A stretch of 64,000 nucleotides of DNA from Eledone cirrhosa. Lineage: Eukaryota. Shown piece after piece: positions 62,478 to 64,000 of the stretch. The notes below the pieces were generated by a model. It was not told the origin of the DNA, did not search any database, and saw only the letters and a list, made by a program, of their open reading frames with translations. The stretch covers positions 12,524,001 through 12,588,000 of the forward strand of contig OZ024766.1 in NCBI GenBank assembly GCA_964016885.1. Reading direction: 5' to 3'. Both the position numbers and the translations under genes were made by a program. Within the stretch, counting starts at the first letter, position 1. Each line of letters begins with the position of its first letter.

Positions 62478-64000
62478 TCATCATCATCAACATTTAACGT
62501 CCATCTTCCACGCTAGCATGGGTTAGACGGTTTTGTTCCATTTCATGCGGAAATGTTTGGAAGACCGTGTCTCGCTCACATGGAAGTCTCTCTGGCAGAT
62601 TTTGTTTTACAGCTGGATGCCCTTCCTAACACCAACCACCTTACAGTGTGGACTGGGAGCCTTTTTACCGTGTCTCCTACACGACCACTTTACAGTGTGG
62701 ACTGGGAGCCTTTTTACTGTGTCTCCTATACGACCACTTTACAGTGTGGACTGGGAGCCTTCTTACTGTGTCTCCTACATGACCACCTTACAGTGTGGAC
62801 TGGGAGCCTTTTTACCGTGTCTCCTACACGACCACTTTACAGTGTGGACTGGGAGCCTTTTTACTGTGTCTCCTATACGACCACTTTACAGTGTGGACTG
62901 GGAGCCTTCTTACTGTGTCTCCTACATGACCACCTTACAGTGTGGACTGGGAGCCTTTTTACTGTGTCTGCTACATGATCACTTTACAGTGTGGACTGGG
63001 AGCCTTTTTACTGTGTCTCCTACATGACCACTTTACAGTGTGGACTGGGAGCCTTCTTACTGTGTCTCCTACATGACCACCTTACAGTGTGGACTGGGAG
63101 CCTTCTTACTGTGTCTCCTACATGACCACCTTACAGTGTGGACTGGGAGCCTTTTTACTGTGTCTCCTACATGACCACTTTACAGTGTGGACTGGGAGCC
63201 TTTTTGCTGTGTCTACTACATGACCACTTTATAGTGTGGACTGGGAGCCTTTTTACTGTGTCTCCTACATCACCACTTTACATTGTGGACTGGGAGCCTT
63301 TTTACTGTCTCCTACATGACCACTTTACATTGTGGACTGGGAGCCTTTTTACTGTGTCTCCTACATGACCACTTTACAGTGTGGACTGGGAGCCTTTTTA
63401 CTGTGTCTCCTACATGACCACTTTACAGTGTGGACTGGGAGCATTTTTACTGTGTCTCCTACATGACCACTTTACAGTGTGGACTGGGAGCCTTTTTACT
63501 GTCTCCTACATGACCACCTTACAGTGTTGACTGGGAGCCTTTTTACTGTGTCTCCTACATGACCACCTTACAGTGTTGACTGGGAGCATTTTTACTGTGT
63601 CTCCTACATGACCACCTTACAATGTAGACTGGGAGCCTTTTTACTGTGTCTCCTACACGATCACTTTACAGTGTGGACTGGGAGCCTTTTTACTGTGTCT
63701 CCTACATGACCACCTTACAGTGTTGACTGGGAGCCTTTTTACTGTGTCTCCTACATGACCACTTTACAGTGTGGACTGGGAGCCTTTTTACTGTGTCTCC
63801 TCCACTACCACTTTACAGTGTGGACTGGGAGCCTTTTTACTGTGTCTCCTACATAACCACTTTACAGTGTGGACTGGGAGCCTTTTTACTGTAACTCCTA
63901 CACAACCACTTTACAGTGTGGACTGGGAGCCTTTTTACTGTGTCTCCTACACAACCACTTTACAGTGTGGACTGGGAGCCTTTTTACTGTGTCTCCTACA
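62478..64000 (-). repeat. RTE-related non-autonomous element with a 49-bp tandem array (62635 to window end)
   Basis: (CAT)n tail, GGATGCCCTTCCTAACACCAACC, then unit TTACAGTGTGGACTGGGAGCCTTTTTACTGTGTCTCCTACATGACCAC. Confidence 0.9.

Noticed and set aside
61265-62526. long VC/YI/HT-rich ORFs (also 2896-3776)
   Set aside because: translations of dinucleotide microsatellites

Overview
Eukaryotic, AT-rich and repeat-dense DNA. The C2H2 gene style, SINEs and (TA)n content point to an octopod cephalopod (inference). Three paralogous genes encode 10-12 tandem C2H2 zinc fingers each (406-1269 -, 14967-15998 -, 45247-46194 +). Each has one coding exon, a conserved putative non-coding first exon and an identical 66-bp uORF. 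A fourth ZNF relic has become a 77-bp satellite. Most of the rest is mobile DNA: a Penelope-like element (RT + GIY-YIG), RTE LINEs and their SINEs, CR1 fragments, Merlin DNA transposons, Helitron-type elements, solo LTRs and a duplicated Tx1/L1-clade LINE inside a satellite. The most striking unannotated signal is a set of about 12 minimal type-I hammerhead ribozyme motifs (CUGANGA...GAAA...UH, with pairing stems) from about 6 sequence families, plus partial copies. Most lie at 22-27 kb in (TA)n-embedded fold-back or tandem (retrozyme-like) elements, and one lies in sense just upstream of each of two ZNF genes. All calls were read by eye; no searches or folding were run.
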